In this document: positions 1 to 13,365 of the stretch, in pieces
Position numbering within the stretch: position 1 is the first letter of the stretch
Layout of the letters: every line of letters begins with the position of its first letter
Source: Octopus vulgaris
Taxonomy: Eukaryota
DNA: 64,000 nt
Assembly: GCA_951406725.2 (NCBI GenBank)
Contig: OX597838.1
Coordinates: 35,650,001 to 35,714,000 of the forward strand
Direction: 5' to 3'
Translations under genes and position numbers: made by a program
Notes under the pieces: model-generated
What the model saw: the letters and a program-made list of their open reading frames with translations, nothing else
What the model was told of the DNA's origin: nothing
Databases searched by the model: none

Positions 1-105
1 CACATCATCAAGATTTCAATGTTCCATTGTAGTTCATGATTAACTCAAAACAATTTGATTATATAAGCATTGCATTTGACAGAATAACCTGAATGCCAAA
101 TGCTT
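1..105 (+). mobile_element. 3' part of piggyBac-type MITE family H (degenerate, cut by window edge)
   Basis: Matches the right half of H copies (cacatcatc...ataagcattgcatttgacagaataacctgaatgc; cf. 57954-58054 and 63120-63220). Confidence 0.55.
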
Positions 106-590
106 TAGGTACCATACTCTGGGTTTGATCTCCAAAACTAAGTGGTTGGAAACAAACTTATTAACCTCACCGTCATGCTTTGCTAAGCATACTTCTCGAC
201 TATACAACCGTAGCTGAGGTCACAAATCTGTTTCTGGTTGCTAACGACTTTAAACCACATTTATTTCAAGAGTGTACTTGGCGCTAGCCAGGCCTAATGA
301 CCATTGTTTTTAACTGCTATTCCTGTTGTCTAATGATTGCACAGTCCACTGCTGCCGCAGTTGGGCTACAATATTCTAACCACCACTACTACCACCACCA
401 CCATCACCACCACTACCACAATGGTTGTAACTGTTGCTACTACTACTACTACTACTGCTGCTGCTGCCACCACTATGACTGCCACTATTACCACCACCAC
501 TATTACCATCATAAGCACAGCCTCCACCCTACTATCACCACCACTGCCACTTGCGTGTGTGCGTGCGTGCGTATGTGTGCGTGTGTGTGT

Positions 591-924
591 GAAGGTGCAT
601 AGCTCAGTGGTTAGAGTGTTGGCTCACAATCACGAGGTTGTAAGTTCAGTTCCTGGACCAGGCTGTTTCTTGTGTTTTTGAGAAAAGCACTTTATTTCCT
701 GTTGCTCCAAGTCACTCACCTGTAGAAACGAGTTGTGACAGTGTCACAGGTGCCAAGCTGTATTGGCCTTTGTCTTTCTCTTGGATAACACTAGGGAGAT
801 GGAGAGGAGAGGCTGGTATGCATGGGTGACTGTTGGTCTTCCATAAACAATGTTGCCTGAACTTGTGCCTAGGAAGGGAAATTTCTAGGTGCAATTCCGT
901 GGTCATTCACGACTGAAGCAGGTT
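591..924 (+). mobile_element. tRNA-derived SINE, family D
   Basis: A-box-like TAGCTCAGTGG and B-box-like GTTCAGTTCC head; body and tail match the reverse complement of 38839-39187. Confidence 0.85.
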
Positions 925-949
925 ATCAATTAATATATATATATTGAAA

Positions 950-1136
950 ATGTGACCACACGTGTACCGTTAGCGATTTTTTTTCCTCTGTCTTCCCTTC
1001 TCCTATGTTTCCGACGAAGAGCTCCACTCGAAACGCTAAACCCTCCTTCTTTCCTGAGCGTCCAATAATACTATATTTGTTCCACAACCTCGCATTGTTG
1101 TGTTTTTTTGTGCTTTCTTGTTTGGATTAACTAACT

Positions 1137-1137
<1 letters not shown>
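950..1137 (+). mobile_element. Family G repeat (Penelope-like terminal-repeat derivative) with decayed minimal hammerhead at 1007-1041
   Basis: Near-identical to 16742-16945 and 29618-29885; embedded in (TA)n; GTTT-CCGACGA-A-GAG-ctcca-CTC-GAAAC-GCT-AAAC. Confidence 0.7.
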
Positions 1138-1178
<41 letters not shown>

Positions 1179-1810
1179 GCATACATACATACATGCATAC
1201 ATACATAAAAATGGCATATATGTATAATTTATTTCTTGGTTTCGGAATAGGTTCAGAGTATTCCTACAGGTTGTTATAAGCAACTAAAAAGGGTCACCAT
1301 CAGGAGATGCTTCTGGCCCTCAAAACACTGACTCAGAATACCCATGCAACTCATGCCAGCAAGGTAAAACTAATGTAATCCATTAATGACACATAAATGA
1401 TATGCATACGCACACACACACACACACAGAGGCAGAAACACACACACAAATTAGTACAGAGACATACATACACATCATACACACACATAAACATATACAT
1501 AAATAGACATATGATATAATCAATTATAAAATAATAAAACTTATGAAAAAAAATACGGACAGTGAAATCAAATAAATCATCTGAAAAATTTTCAGCTAAG
1601 ACATTATTTTGAGACAAAAAAAAACATTTATTTTGATTTTGATTTTACATGAGGCAAGTGGTGGTGGGCGGGGCAGGATAATAATCCTTTCTCTCCCTCT
1701 TAATTTTCAGCCGGCTTTCACTTAACACATTCTACTAACTTCTTATGCATATATACACACTCACATACATATAAAAATATACATGCATATATATGTACAC
1801 ATACATATAT

Positions 1811-1854
<44 letters not shown>

Positions 1855-1917
1855 TCACTTATATACACACATACATACTCACATACATATGAATATATAC
1901 ACACATACATATATATT

Positions 1918-1959
<42 letters not shown>

Positions 1960-2067
1960 TATATATGTATGTGTACATATATATGCATGTATGTATGTAT
2001 ATTTTATATGTATGTGAGTGTGTATATATCCATATGAAGTTATATATACATATATAAACATATGTGT

Positions 2068-2114
<47 letters not shown>

Positions 2115-2507
2115 TGTTTATATATACTCGTACACATATATAAATATACATATGTATATATGTATGTATGTATGTATGTATATATATATGCACACACACA
2201 CACACAGTCATACACACCCTGCTTCATCGTGTCATTGATTGTGTTTGATCTAGAAGGCCGTGCAATCTCTACTTGATGCACCTCCCTTATAATGTATCGG
2301 TTCGTTTGTTTGTTGACTTATTCCAGTTGAAATAAACAAATTTGTATCAACCTCATGGAAAGACCAATAAATAACAACAGCCTCACCCCTCCATTCACAA
2401 ACACACCCACTCACACACATATATACACTTTATACACATTTATATGTATATAAATACGTTCATTAATATATATATATATGTGTGTGTGTGTGTAAGGTGT
2501 GTGTGTG

Positions 2508-2545
<38 letters not shown>

Positions 2546-2548
<3 letters not shown>

Positions 2549-2960
2549 TCTTTTACTCTTTTACTTGTTAGTCATTTGACTGTGGCCATGCTGGAGCACC
2601 GCCTTTTAGTCGAGCAAATCGACCCCGGGACTTATTCTTTGTAAGCCCAGTACTTATTCTATCGGTCTCTTTTTGCCGAACCGCTAAGTGACGAGGACGT
2701 AAACACACCAGCATCGGTTGTCAAGCAATGCTAGGGGCACAAACACAGACACACAAACACACACACATACATACATATATATATATATACATATATACGA
2801 CAGGCTTCTCTCAGTTTCCGTCTACCAAATCCACTCCCAAGGCATTGGTTGGCCCAGGGCTATAGCAGAAGACACTTGCCCAAGATGCCACGCAGTGGGA
2901 CTGAACCCGGAACCATGTGGTTGGTTAGCAAGCTACTTACCACACAGCCACTCCCACGCC
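2546..2960 (-). mobile_element. SINE-A full-length (tRNA-like head, CORE-like TTGGGCAAGTG, central TA/TG microsatellite, (TAAAAGAG)n tail)
   Basis: Reverse complement of the ~400-bp consensus seen at 11034-11433, 48094-48523 and 58936-59376. Confidence 0.92.
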
Positions 2961-3283
2961 TATATATATATGTGTGTGTGTGTGTATGTATTTGCCCATT
3001 CATTTATACATATATATGTGTGTATTTGTGTATATGCATGCACATACACAAATATCTAGATACACTGGGGGCTTCTATGAGCATGCTTGCCCACAATTTC
3101 TTTCTTAATCTCCATCAGTTCTTTACCCCCACACATGCTTCCCTCCACCCCACAAACATATCATAAGTGCATATGTATTTTTAATATATGTACACACACG
3201 GATATATATGTATATATAAATGTATATATTGTGTTCGTGTATATATATATATACACACGCACACATATGTGTGCGTATATGTA

Positions 3284-3320
<37 letters not shown>

Positions 3321-4169
3321 GCATGTATATATATATGTATGTATGTATATGTATGTATGTATATGTATGTATGTATATGTATATATGTATGTATATATAT
3401 GTATGTATGTATATATATGTAAGTATATATATGTTTATATGTATGTATGTATATCTGTGTGTGTGTATACATATATATATATATATGTAATTATTATTCT
3501 ATAAAACAATATTTAAGACTTTCTGATTCCAAAAATTATAATTTATTTTCTTTTAAGCCATGAGCTTGTTACTTGCTAATGAATTCAGGTTATTTTTTTC
3601 TTTCCTTCTTTCCTTTTCTTTCTTTCTTTCTTTTTTTCCTTCCCATGTTATTAATAGTTTTCATTTCATTACTTCACTTTGCATATGTGTGTATATGTGT
3701 ATGTATCTGCGTATGTGTGCACAAATAAAAGTAACTGTGTAACTGTGTGTGTGTGTGTGTGTTTACATCTAATACATTTTTAATCATTTCTTTCTTTCTT
3801 TCTTATCTCATTCGTTTTTACTCCCCCCTCTCCCAGATATAACTTCTTTTTCCTTTTTCTCTTTTTGTTTGTCATTCTTCATTTTCTCACTCGATTCCTT
3901 TAAACTCTGTCAAGATCAAGAAATAATCTTGTTTCAGCAACGATGCCGTAATTGGTCTCACTCAAACAGCCAATGCTTCTGCTCCCAGGCTTAGTCAATT
4001 TGGAAGCATATTGTACTGCCTAATAATCGTCTAAAATAATGTAGTGCTTGTTGTATAGGAAAGGTCAGAGAAAATTACAGTAGAGGGCAGCAACATAGTA
4101 TAGAATAGTATAGGGAACAATAGTATAGGGTTAGGGAGTGCATAATTTAGTGTTGCATAGTAAATGTAA

Positions 4170-4196
4170 GGCGCAGGAGTGGCTGTGTGGTAAGTA
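4170..4196 (+). mobile_element. SINE-A 5' stub
   Basis: GGCGCAGGAGTGGCTGTGTGGTAAGTA is identical to the SINE-A start. Confidence 0.7.
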
Positions 4197-4599
4197 TCCA
4201 AATTTGGCCAAATGGATTTTTATTAATATTTCATTTCGCTTGCAAGAGTCGGTTCTGTTGGTCAAAGCTATCGCATCTCCAACTGCTTCAGATTCCAAGA
4301 TATGAAAATTGTGAAAGTGTAGTGCAACGGTTTAACATTTTTCAAAAGTGTAGTAAGTCCCATATATGACAGTTTAGCAAAAATATTTCTGATTGAAAAT
4401 ATCACACACGTATGGAGTTACGATTTTATGCAACCAACAAAGTATTATTTTTAAGCTGAAACTGCTGTTAATGTAAAAAGAAATGGAATATTGACACTAT
4501 TTTTACGCTTTCTAAAAAAGCAACGTTTTGGACTTACGACACTTTTGCATAATAGCAACGATATGTATTGATACACAAACATATTCATACACTCACAAA

Positions 4600-5212
4600 C
4601 AGTTACGATAATGAGTGTTCCTGTTGATGTGATAAATAGAACAGCCTGCTCGTGAAATTAACAAACAAGTGGCTGAGTACTCCACAGACATACATGCCCT
4701 TAATGTAGTTCTCAGGGAACTTATTCTATCGGTCTCTTTTGCCGAACCGCTAAGTGACGGGGACGTAAACACACCAGCATCGGTTGTCAAGCAATGCTAG
4801 GGGGACAAACACAGACACACACACATATACACACACATACATATATACGACAGGCTTCTTTCAGTTTCCGTCTACCAAATCCACTCACGAGGCTTTGGTT
4901 GGCCCGGGGCTATAGCAGAAGACACTTGCCCAAGATGCCACGCAGTGGGACTGAACCTGGAACCATGTGGTTGGGAAGCAAGCTACTTACCACACAGCCA
5001 CAGTAGTTCTCAGGGAGATTCAGTGTGACATAGAATATGACATTGTTGTCCCTTTGCTATTACTTAGTTGCTACATCAATTTTGCCAGCTGAGGGGACTG
5101 GAGCAACATGAAATAAAGTGTCTTGCTCAAGGATGCAACACACTCCCAAGTATTGAACTCATGACCTTATGACTGTAAACCAAATACTCTAACCACTAAG
5201 CCATCCACCTTC
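4600..5212 (-). mobile_element. Older SINE with D-type head and B-type tail, split by a SINE-A insertion
   Basis: 5085-5212 matches the D head (rc gaaggtggatggcttagtggttagag...ccttgagcaagacactttatttc); 4600-4718 and 5003-5045 match the tail at 63630-63780. Confidence 0.75.
4719..5002 (-). mobile_element. 3'-truncated SINE-A with 14-bp TSD
   Basis: SINE-A sequence ending at ...GATAGAATAAGT; GTAGTTCTCAGGGA duplicated at 4705-4718 and 5003-5016. Confidence 0.9.
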
Positions 5213-5480
5213 GACAAACACACACAAAGGTGGACGACAATACACATCTGTGTGTGTGTGTGAGATGACATGATCTTTGCTAGAATACCTATGATCAAAG
5301 ATTTGGCAGCTCAAGTCAGACTCGGGGTTAAACAACTACAACTGCAACAACAACCTTATTAAACTCAGGTATTTCCAATTCGATGATTAACCATTCCTAA
5401 GAATACGAGATCTTTATATTGATGGGAAGGTGAAGGTAAAGTCGTTTGATTGATTGATCAGTTTGTGTATGGGTTCTTTT

Positions 5481-5857
5481 TCCTCCGTGCTGGTGACACG
5501 TAAAAAGCACCATCCGATTGTGGCCGTTGCCAGCCTCATCTGGCCCCCATGCCGGTGGCACGTAAAAAGCACCATCCGATTGTGGCCGTTGCCAGCCTCA
5601 TCTGGCCCCCGGCATGTTGGTGGCACATAAAAAGCACCATCCGATCGTGGCTGTTTGCCAGCCTCATCTGGCACCTGTGCAGGTGGCACGTAAAAAGCAC
5701 CCACTTCACTCACGGAGTGGTTGGCGTTAGGAAGGGCATCCAGCCATAGAAACACTGCCAGATCAGACTGGGCCTGATGAAGCCTCCTGACTTCCCAGAC
5801 CCCAGTTGAACCGTCCAACCCATGCCAGCATGGAAAGCGGACGTTAAACGATGATGA
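5481..5857 (+). mobile_element. Family E: probable RTE-LINE 3' UTR with internal ~63-bp tandem units and (GAT)n tail
   Basis: Three units GGTGGCACGTAAAAAGCACCATCCGAT... then GGCGTTAGGAAGGGCATCCAG...GGACGTTAAACGATGATGA; same structure at 12.0, 14.5 and 47.2 kb. Confidence 0.75.
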
Positions 5858-6152
5858 ATGCATGTGCATCTGTGTGTGTGTGTAAGTGATGGGTGTGTGT
5901 GTGTGGGAGAGGCGGATGGTGGCTCGGTGGTTTACACTGGATTTATTCATATTACTTGCTGTTTGCCATCTCAAATTATCTTCTTCTTTAACTGGTTTCA
6001 GGTTTTACGATACCAATCAACAGCTCCGAATATATTCTGAGATTAATGGGGCTTAGGTGTTAGTTGCTATCCTCTCGTCTGGCTGTCTATTATTTATACT
6101 TACATACATACTCCTTGTCTCTCTTTCTCTCTTGCTTGCTCTCTCTTTCTCC

Positions 6153-6185
<33 letters not shown>

Positions 6186-6716
6186 TATATCTATGTTTGT
6201 ATTCCACCTGCCTTGTCTTTTGTTTATTTTCCGTAAACCTGCCTTCATCTTTTGTCTATTTTCATAAAGCTTCCCGTTATGTATGTATATATGTACACCT
6301 ATGTATGGGGTTTTTATATATGTGCATACATATTTTATATATATGTATATATATGTTTATATATGTATGTAAATATGTATGTGTATGTATATCTGTGTGT
6401 GTACGTATATATTTGTATATATACATATATATATATATTTATGTATATATATATATATATATATGTAAATGTACTTGTAGATATCTATATGCATGTATTA
6501 ATCTGTCTCTGTGTACATTTGTATGTATGTGCATATGTGTGTAATTATGAATAGGCATGTACATGCATGTGCATATTTTTGTATACATAAATACATACAT
6601 ACATACATACATATATATATATACATATACATTTGTGTGTGTATATATATATATATATACATATACATTTGTGTGTGTATATATACACATACGTACTGGC
6701 ACACAATTTGATAGTG

Positions 6717-6913
6717 TATGTTTTATTTATGATATGCCGGCATGTGAATACACACATATTTATACAAAGAAATATTTGTATTTTGACTTGTGTGTGTGTA
6801 TATATATATATATATATACATATATATATACACATATATACACACACACAGGTCAAAATACAAATATTTCTTACATTTATACAAAGAAATATTTGTATTT
6901 TGACCTGTGTGTG

Positions 6914-6975
<62 letters not shown>

Positions 6976-7169
6976 CACACAGGTCAAAATACAAATACAA
7001 ATATTTCTTTGTATAAATGTAAGAAATATTTGTATTTTGACCTGTGTGTGTGTATATATATATATATATATACATATATATATACACATATATACACACA
7101 CACAGGTCAAAATACAAATATTTCTTTGTATAATGTGTGTGTATTCATATACCAGCTTATAAATAAAAC

Positions 7170-7172
<3 letters not shown>
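6717..7172. repeat. Nested palindrome of alternately oriented ~35-bp units
   Basis: AAGAAATATTTGTATTTTGACCTGTG occurs forward near 6767, 6884 and 7021 and as reverse complement near 6847, 6977 and 7101; outer arms are also complementary. Confidence 0.85.
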
Positions 7173-7217
<45 letters not shown>

Positions 7218-7774
7218 GGTGTACATCTTGGTATTTGTGGATGTGTGTCTATATATACACACACACATAGACATATAAGCTAATAGCATGATGCATTCTA
7301 TTTTCTATGAATATACATACATTGGTATTCACATACACACACTCAAATGCACTCACTTATACACACACACACACTCACAAACACACACATGCATAAACAC
7401 AGACACACACACTCACACACAAAACCACAAAACATCATTCAAGAATTTGGTCAAGTTTGCTGGTCAATACCAGAAAGGTGGAGGAACAATGGGAGACGTT
7501 CACCTTGCAAATTTTCTAAATACTTTCCAAGACATTGTTGCAGCATTTAACACTTGTTGAATAAACACAATGTTTGATACTTTCCTTCTGTTCACTGGCT
7601 TTACTTCATCATCAGCACCGGACCGAGTTGGTCGAGGAAATCATTTCTTTGCTACTTCTATGCAGAACATTCCACTTTTATTTTTCACTTCACTCAACTA
7701 GAATTTTCTTCTTTTGTTTGTTCGAAAATTGATTAGGATACATACATATATATATACACACACATACATGCATA

Positions 7775-7814
<40 letters not shown>

Positions 7815-7979
7815 TACATTCCTATATATATATATATATATAACATTCATATATATCTATATATATATATATATATACATACATGCATATATATATATAT
7901 ATATACACATACATATATATATATATATACATGCACACACATATATATATATACATACATATGTATATATACATGCATA

Positions 7980-8019
<40 letters not shown>

Positions 8020-8414
8020 CAAGCATATATATATATATATATTTATTATATGATTTTTGCCTGTTTTTTATATTGCTTTGTATTATATTTTAGTTTTGTG
8101 TTTTTTCGTATTTTTTTCTGTTTTGGGTTTTGCATGTTTTTTTCTTCTGCGTTTCCTTTTGTTTTTTTTGTTGTTTCCTTTTCGTTCTTGTACTCCTCCT
8201 TATATTTCCTTTCCACGGATCAGTGGTTTCTGTGTTTAAAGAAATTTGCAACTAAATTGGCTATTTAAAGAATATGAAAGGCCAAAGAAATTTCTGCTTA
8301 AATTACATCCATTTGTCAGCAAAATGATTAAAAAACCTTCTCAAAATAAAGAGTTGTATGTATATGTGTATACATAATTAAACACACACCTGCATACATA
8401 CACACACTATATAT

Positions 8415-8459
<45 letters not shown>

Positions 8460-8575
8460 TATAAGTATGTGTTTATGTATGCATGTGTATGTGTATATAT
8501 GTGTGTGTTTATATATATGTGGTTGTGCATATATATCTGTATATACAAGTGCATATATATATGTGTATATACATG

Positions 8576-8610
<35 letters not shown>

Positions 8611-8778
8611 ATATATATGTATATATATATGTGTGTGTGTGTATACATGTATATACACATATACGTAAACATAGACATACATAGACATAATATATGTTTA
8701 AATGTATACATGTATAGACGTATGTATGTATATATATATATATATATATATACATACACTCACATGTATATTTAAATA

Positions 8779-8824
<46 letters not shown>

Positions 8825-9295
8825 TGTATGTGTGTCTGTTTTGTGTGAGTTAGAGACAGAGTAGAGTAAATAAAAATTTAATCATTATTTTGTGAATTGA
8901 TATTTGTCATTGTTAGAACTAGAAGACGTACTCAAGTCTTTCGCTTTCAGAATACAATGTCTTCTCACCATTGCTTCACTCGCATAAAACAGGTTGCAGT
9001 AGCTTCGATTAGATGGCCACTATTATAGTCTTGAATAGATTGTACTTTGGCTTCATAGATTAGGCTGTATATTTGGAGATAGATTTCAAGATGGATAGTT
9101 AGATGACAGATAAATAGATTGTTCATTTAACCTTATTTTACTGGTGTTAGACATAATAATGCAGCCACTTATGGGAAACTGCTTTAAAATGTTCTTTACA
9201 GTCCTGGACATCAACCCTTTTGTTTGGTTGGTCTATTGCTTATTTCATTATTTAACATACTGCTATTTCTAGCAGAAAAAAGTAAGTGTAGTTAC

Positions 9296-9458
9296 GGAGA
9301 TGTACTCGCATAGCAAGTGATTTGATCTGAGATCATGTGCTGGAATGAAAACAATTGCAGCGTGGAAGGTGTTTGTAAGCCATTTAAGAAACACACAAAA
9401 GCCGTTCGATTCACTTCAACATTTAAGTTTAATTTGTCAAAATATTTTCATCGCTATA
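9296..9458 (-). mobile_element. Family F repeat (truncated; keeps 3' half of the hammerhead motif)
   Basis: Reverse complement of 34645-34809 with few mismatches. Confidence 0.8.
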
Positions 9459-9724
9459 AGTGACGGGGATGTAAACACACCAGCATCGGTTGTCAAGCAA
9501 TGCTAGGGGGACAAACACAGACACACAAACACATACACACACACATATATATATATACATATATATGACAGGCTTCTTTCAGTTTCCGTCTACCAAATCC
9601 ACTCACAAGGCATTGATCGGCCCGCGTCTATAGCAGAAGACACTTGCCCAAGATGCCACGCAGTGGGACTGAACTCGGAACCATGTGGTTGGTTAGCAAG
9701 CTACTTACCACACAGCGACTCCTG
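9457..9724 (-). mobile_element. 3'-truncated SINE-A joined to family F via TAAG microhomology
   Basis: SINE-A consensus from the head to ...CCCCGTCACTTA. Confidence 0.88.
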
Positions 9725-9761
9725 ATGATGAAATTTTTAAAACAGCGTATGGCCTAGTTGA

Positions 9762-9968
9762 ACCCTTTTGATAATCAACTTGGCTGAGACACCCTTGTTT
9801 TAAGACAGAGACTTCCTGCTTTGAAGGGATCTAAATGATATCTCCCATCATGTTTATTTATGTTTCAAACACCAGACAGAGTTATGTCACTAAATACCTC
9901 ATTACTTTAAAAATAATTGAAATGAACTCAGTGCGTATCGACTGAAATATGGTAACGATAGAGGTAAG
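9762..9968 (+). mobile_element. Degenerate family I-like MITE
   Basis: Starts CCCTTTTGAT...; ends AAATATGGTAACGATAGAGG, like the end of 43820-44039. Confidence 0.4.
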
Positions 9969-10328
9969 AATAACAAAAGGTAAAAATAAGTAACTAAATA
10001 GAGAAATAAAACATTTAAACTCTAAGTTCTGTAAAGATAGTTCGCAGAAATAATTATTTGGGTGGATAAACTTTGCATTCCAGCATTACTTAGCTTCAAG
10101 TCCTATTGGAAGAAGAATTAATGTAAGTTCTTAGTAAAGTTGGTTCCATTGAAATAATGGTAAGCTTGAAAAGATCAATTGACCTGACTGTCTTATCTTG
10201 GCTTGAAGGAGAACCATTCTTTTATGAAGCATACCTCAAGGCAAAGACATCAGACAAACCGTGACCCATTGAGACCCCAAAATGCAGGCTGCAACCATTT
10301 CTTATAATTTATATATTCTGTGAATGTA

Positions 10329-10452
10329 AAGGTATGTAGCTTAGTGGTTAGAGTGTTGCCTTCATGATCACTTACTAGATTGTAGGTTCAATCCCCAGAC
10401 TAGTCGGCGTATTATGTTCTTGAGCAAAACCCTTCATTTCACATTGCTCCAT
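10329..10452 (+). mobile_element. SINE-D head fragment
   Basis: AGCTTAGTGGTTAGAGTG...GGTTCAATCCC...GTTCTTGAGCAAAAC. Confidence 0.6.
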
Positions 10453-11033
10453 AGGTGGGGGAGTGGCAGAATTGTTGGTGTATTGACAGAAATACTTTAT
10501 GGTAAATCTTCCCACACTCTATGTTCTGAGTTCAATTCTACCTGCCCAGAAAAGGCAATGAAAAATCACTCTAGTGTTCATTCAAAGTCTAGTAATGGTA
10601 TGGTAACCAAAGTTCTGGTAATTTACTTCATGGTAGCAGGGGAAGGTATGGGCTCTCCCAGGTCATATAAAGAGATCTGGAGAAGGTTCATGTGCACAGG
10701 ACCTGCCCAAGGACAGACCACCACTAAACTATAGTCTGTGAATAATAGTATCCTCAGTTATAAGTTTTTCAACAAAGTAGTTACAGATTCAGTGAATTTA
10801 TTGTGGTAAACGTTACAAGGACATATTTGTATATAACTCTAAAGGAAGAAAGAATAGAAGGTATTTTTGTCCATGTGCACTGGTTTATCTGTTTTTCTAG
10901 CTGTTGTTTGATGAAAGGTATATGCACACTCAAGCATACATATCCACACACACACACACACATTTATATATACGACAGCTTTTCACTCAATTTCCATTTT
11001 AACCAAATTAATAATAATAATAATAATAAAATA

Positions 11034-11196
11034 GGCGCAGGAGTGGCTGTGTGGTAAGTAGCTTGCTAACCAACCACATGGTTCCGGGTTCAGTCCCACT
11101 GCGTGGCATCTTGGGCAAGTGTCTTCTGCTATAGCCCCGGGCCGACCAATGCCTTGTGAGTGGATTTGGTAGACGGAAACTGAAAGAAGCCTGTCG

Positions 11197-11235
<39 letters not shown>

Positions 11236-11433
11236 TTGTGTGTGTGTGTTTGTCCCCCTAGCATTGCTTGTGTGTGTTTACGTCCCCATCACTTAGCGGT
11301 TGGCAAAATAGACCGATAGAATAAGTACTGGGCTTACAAAGAGTAAGTCCCGGGGTCGATTTGCTTGACTAAAGGCGGTGCTCCAGCATGGCCGCAGTCA
11401 AATGACTGAAACAAGTAAAAGAGTAAAAGAGTA
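11034..11433 (+). mobile_element. SINE-A full-length (small internal deletion)
   Basis: Consensus head to (TAAAAGAG)n tail. Confidence 0.92.
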
Positions 11434-11439
11434 ATAATA

Positions 11440-11652
11440 ATCATTTCTAATAAAGCCACAAGGCCTGAAATTTGGTAGGAGGGATTACTTGATTGCATCG
11501 ACCTCAATGTCTTACTGGTACTTAATTTACTGACTCTGAAAGGGTTAAAGGCAAAGTTGACCTCAGTGGAATTTGAACTCAGAATTTAGCAATGGGCAAA
11601 ATATCACCAAACATTTTGCCTGGCATGCTAACGATTCTGCCAGCTCACCACC

Positions 11653-11696
<44 letters not shown>

Positions 11697-11850
11697 TTCT
11701 AATAAAGGCACAAGGTGGGAGGGATTGACTCTGAAAGGGTTAAAGGCAAAGTTGACCTCAGTGGAATTTGAACTCAGAATTTAGCAATGGGCAAAATACC
11801 ACCAAGCATTTTGCCTGGCATGCTAACGATTCTGCCAGCTCGCCACATTA
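11440..11850 (-). mobile_element. Two tandem SINE-C-like copies (local duplication) separated by (AAT)n
   Basis: 11531-11652 and 11726-11846 are almost identical and share private variants (GAAAGGGTTAAAGGC, TTTAGCAATGGGC). Confidence 0.75.
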
Positions 11851-11977
11851 TAATTGTTTTTGTAATAAGAAACATAATAATAGTCATAAGGTTTCTTTCC
11901 AATTTGGCTCAAGGCCATCAATTGTCATGCGAACAATGACAATACTTGACTGGTGCTTTATTCTATTGACCCTAAAT

Positions 11978-12415
11978 CATCATCATCATCTTCGTTTAAC
12001 GTCCGTTTTCCATGCTGGCATGGGTTGGACGGTTCAACTGGGGTCTGGGAAGCCAGAAGGCTGCACCAGGCTCCAGTCTTATCTGGCAGTGTTTCTACAG
12101 CTGGACGCCCTTCCTAACGCCAACCACTCCACGTGTGTAGTGGGTGCTTTTTATGTGCCACCTGCACAGGTTTCAGACGAGGCTGGCAAACGGCTGCGAT
12201 CGGATGGTACTTTTTACGTGCCACTGGCACAGGTGCCAGACGAGGCTGGCAAATGACCACGATCGGATGGTGCTTTTTATGTGCAACCTGCACAGGTGCC
12301 AGACGAGGCTGGCAAACGGCCACGATCGGATGGTGCTTTTTACGTGCCACCGGAATGGGGCCAGACGAGGCTGGCAAACGGTTACAATCGGATGGTGCAT
12401 TTTACGTGCCAGTCG
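11978..12415 (-). mobile_element. Family E (RTE 3' UTR) with ~4 internal 63-bp units
   Basis: Reverse complement of the 5481-5857 structure; 21-aa periodicity in the overlapping spurious ORFs. Confidence 0.78.
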
Positions 12416-12943
12416 GGGCGGCGCAACTCAGAAAGTACAGAGCCTGAACAAATGCTACTGAGTATTCTATCTGACTCACTAAGGATCCTGTCTGCTTGCC
12501 CCCTTAGTAGTAATAAAAGTGATGATACTTTCTGTTATAGGTAAAAGACCTGAAATTTTTAAGAGGCGGCAAGGTCTAGTTAATTGTATCAACCCCAGTG
12601 CACAACATTGGCCCTTAAACTATGGAAAAGAAAATCAAATTTGGTGGTATTTGAACTGGGAACATGAAAACAGGAAATGCCACTAAGCATTTTATCCAGC
12701 TAACCACCTTAATAATTATAACAACAGTAACAATAATAATAATAATAATAATAATAATAAGATCCATCATCATTAGCACCTCAGGTATTTACTTCTGCTA
12801 GCTTTGTAACCCTCATTAGAATCGCCATTATCAGCATTAATAGCAACACCTCTTTCCAGTTCCAAATTACATAATCATTTCCAACTGACCAAGCACATCA
12901 TGGTGTGAAGGAAAAGAACACACACACACACACACACACTCTC

Positions 12944-13051
<108 letters not shown>

Positions 13052-13365
13052 ATTTAAATCTCTAGCTTAATCCTTTCTGAACCTTAACTTTGTCCTGTCA
13101 ACTTGTTTGTTGTCATGGAGTGACAGGATGAAAAAGATTATATTGGGTACAGGCTAAAGAGCGTTCCAACCAAAGGTGTGCATCCTTAGCCTTGAGCTCA
13201 GAACACAAAGAAGCAGAACAGATACAAGACATGCCATCTGATGCTCTACTAATTCTATTAATTCACAGTCCTACACCTGTTTCCTTATTCATTAACCCTA
13301 AAAGGATGAAAGGCAACAGTTGACCCAGATAGGATTTGAACTCATTGTGTGGACAATTGAAACAA

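Noticed and set aside
5769-5780. CTGATGA in the family E tail as a hammerhead core
   Set aside because: Other copies read CTGGTGCA or CTGGTGCAG, and no stem II-GAAA follows.
7420-7700. Non-repetitive island with short ORFs on both strands
   Set aside because: No recognisable domain and no convincing splice sites; cannot be supported as CDS.
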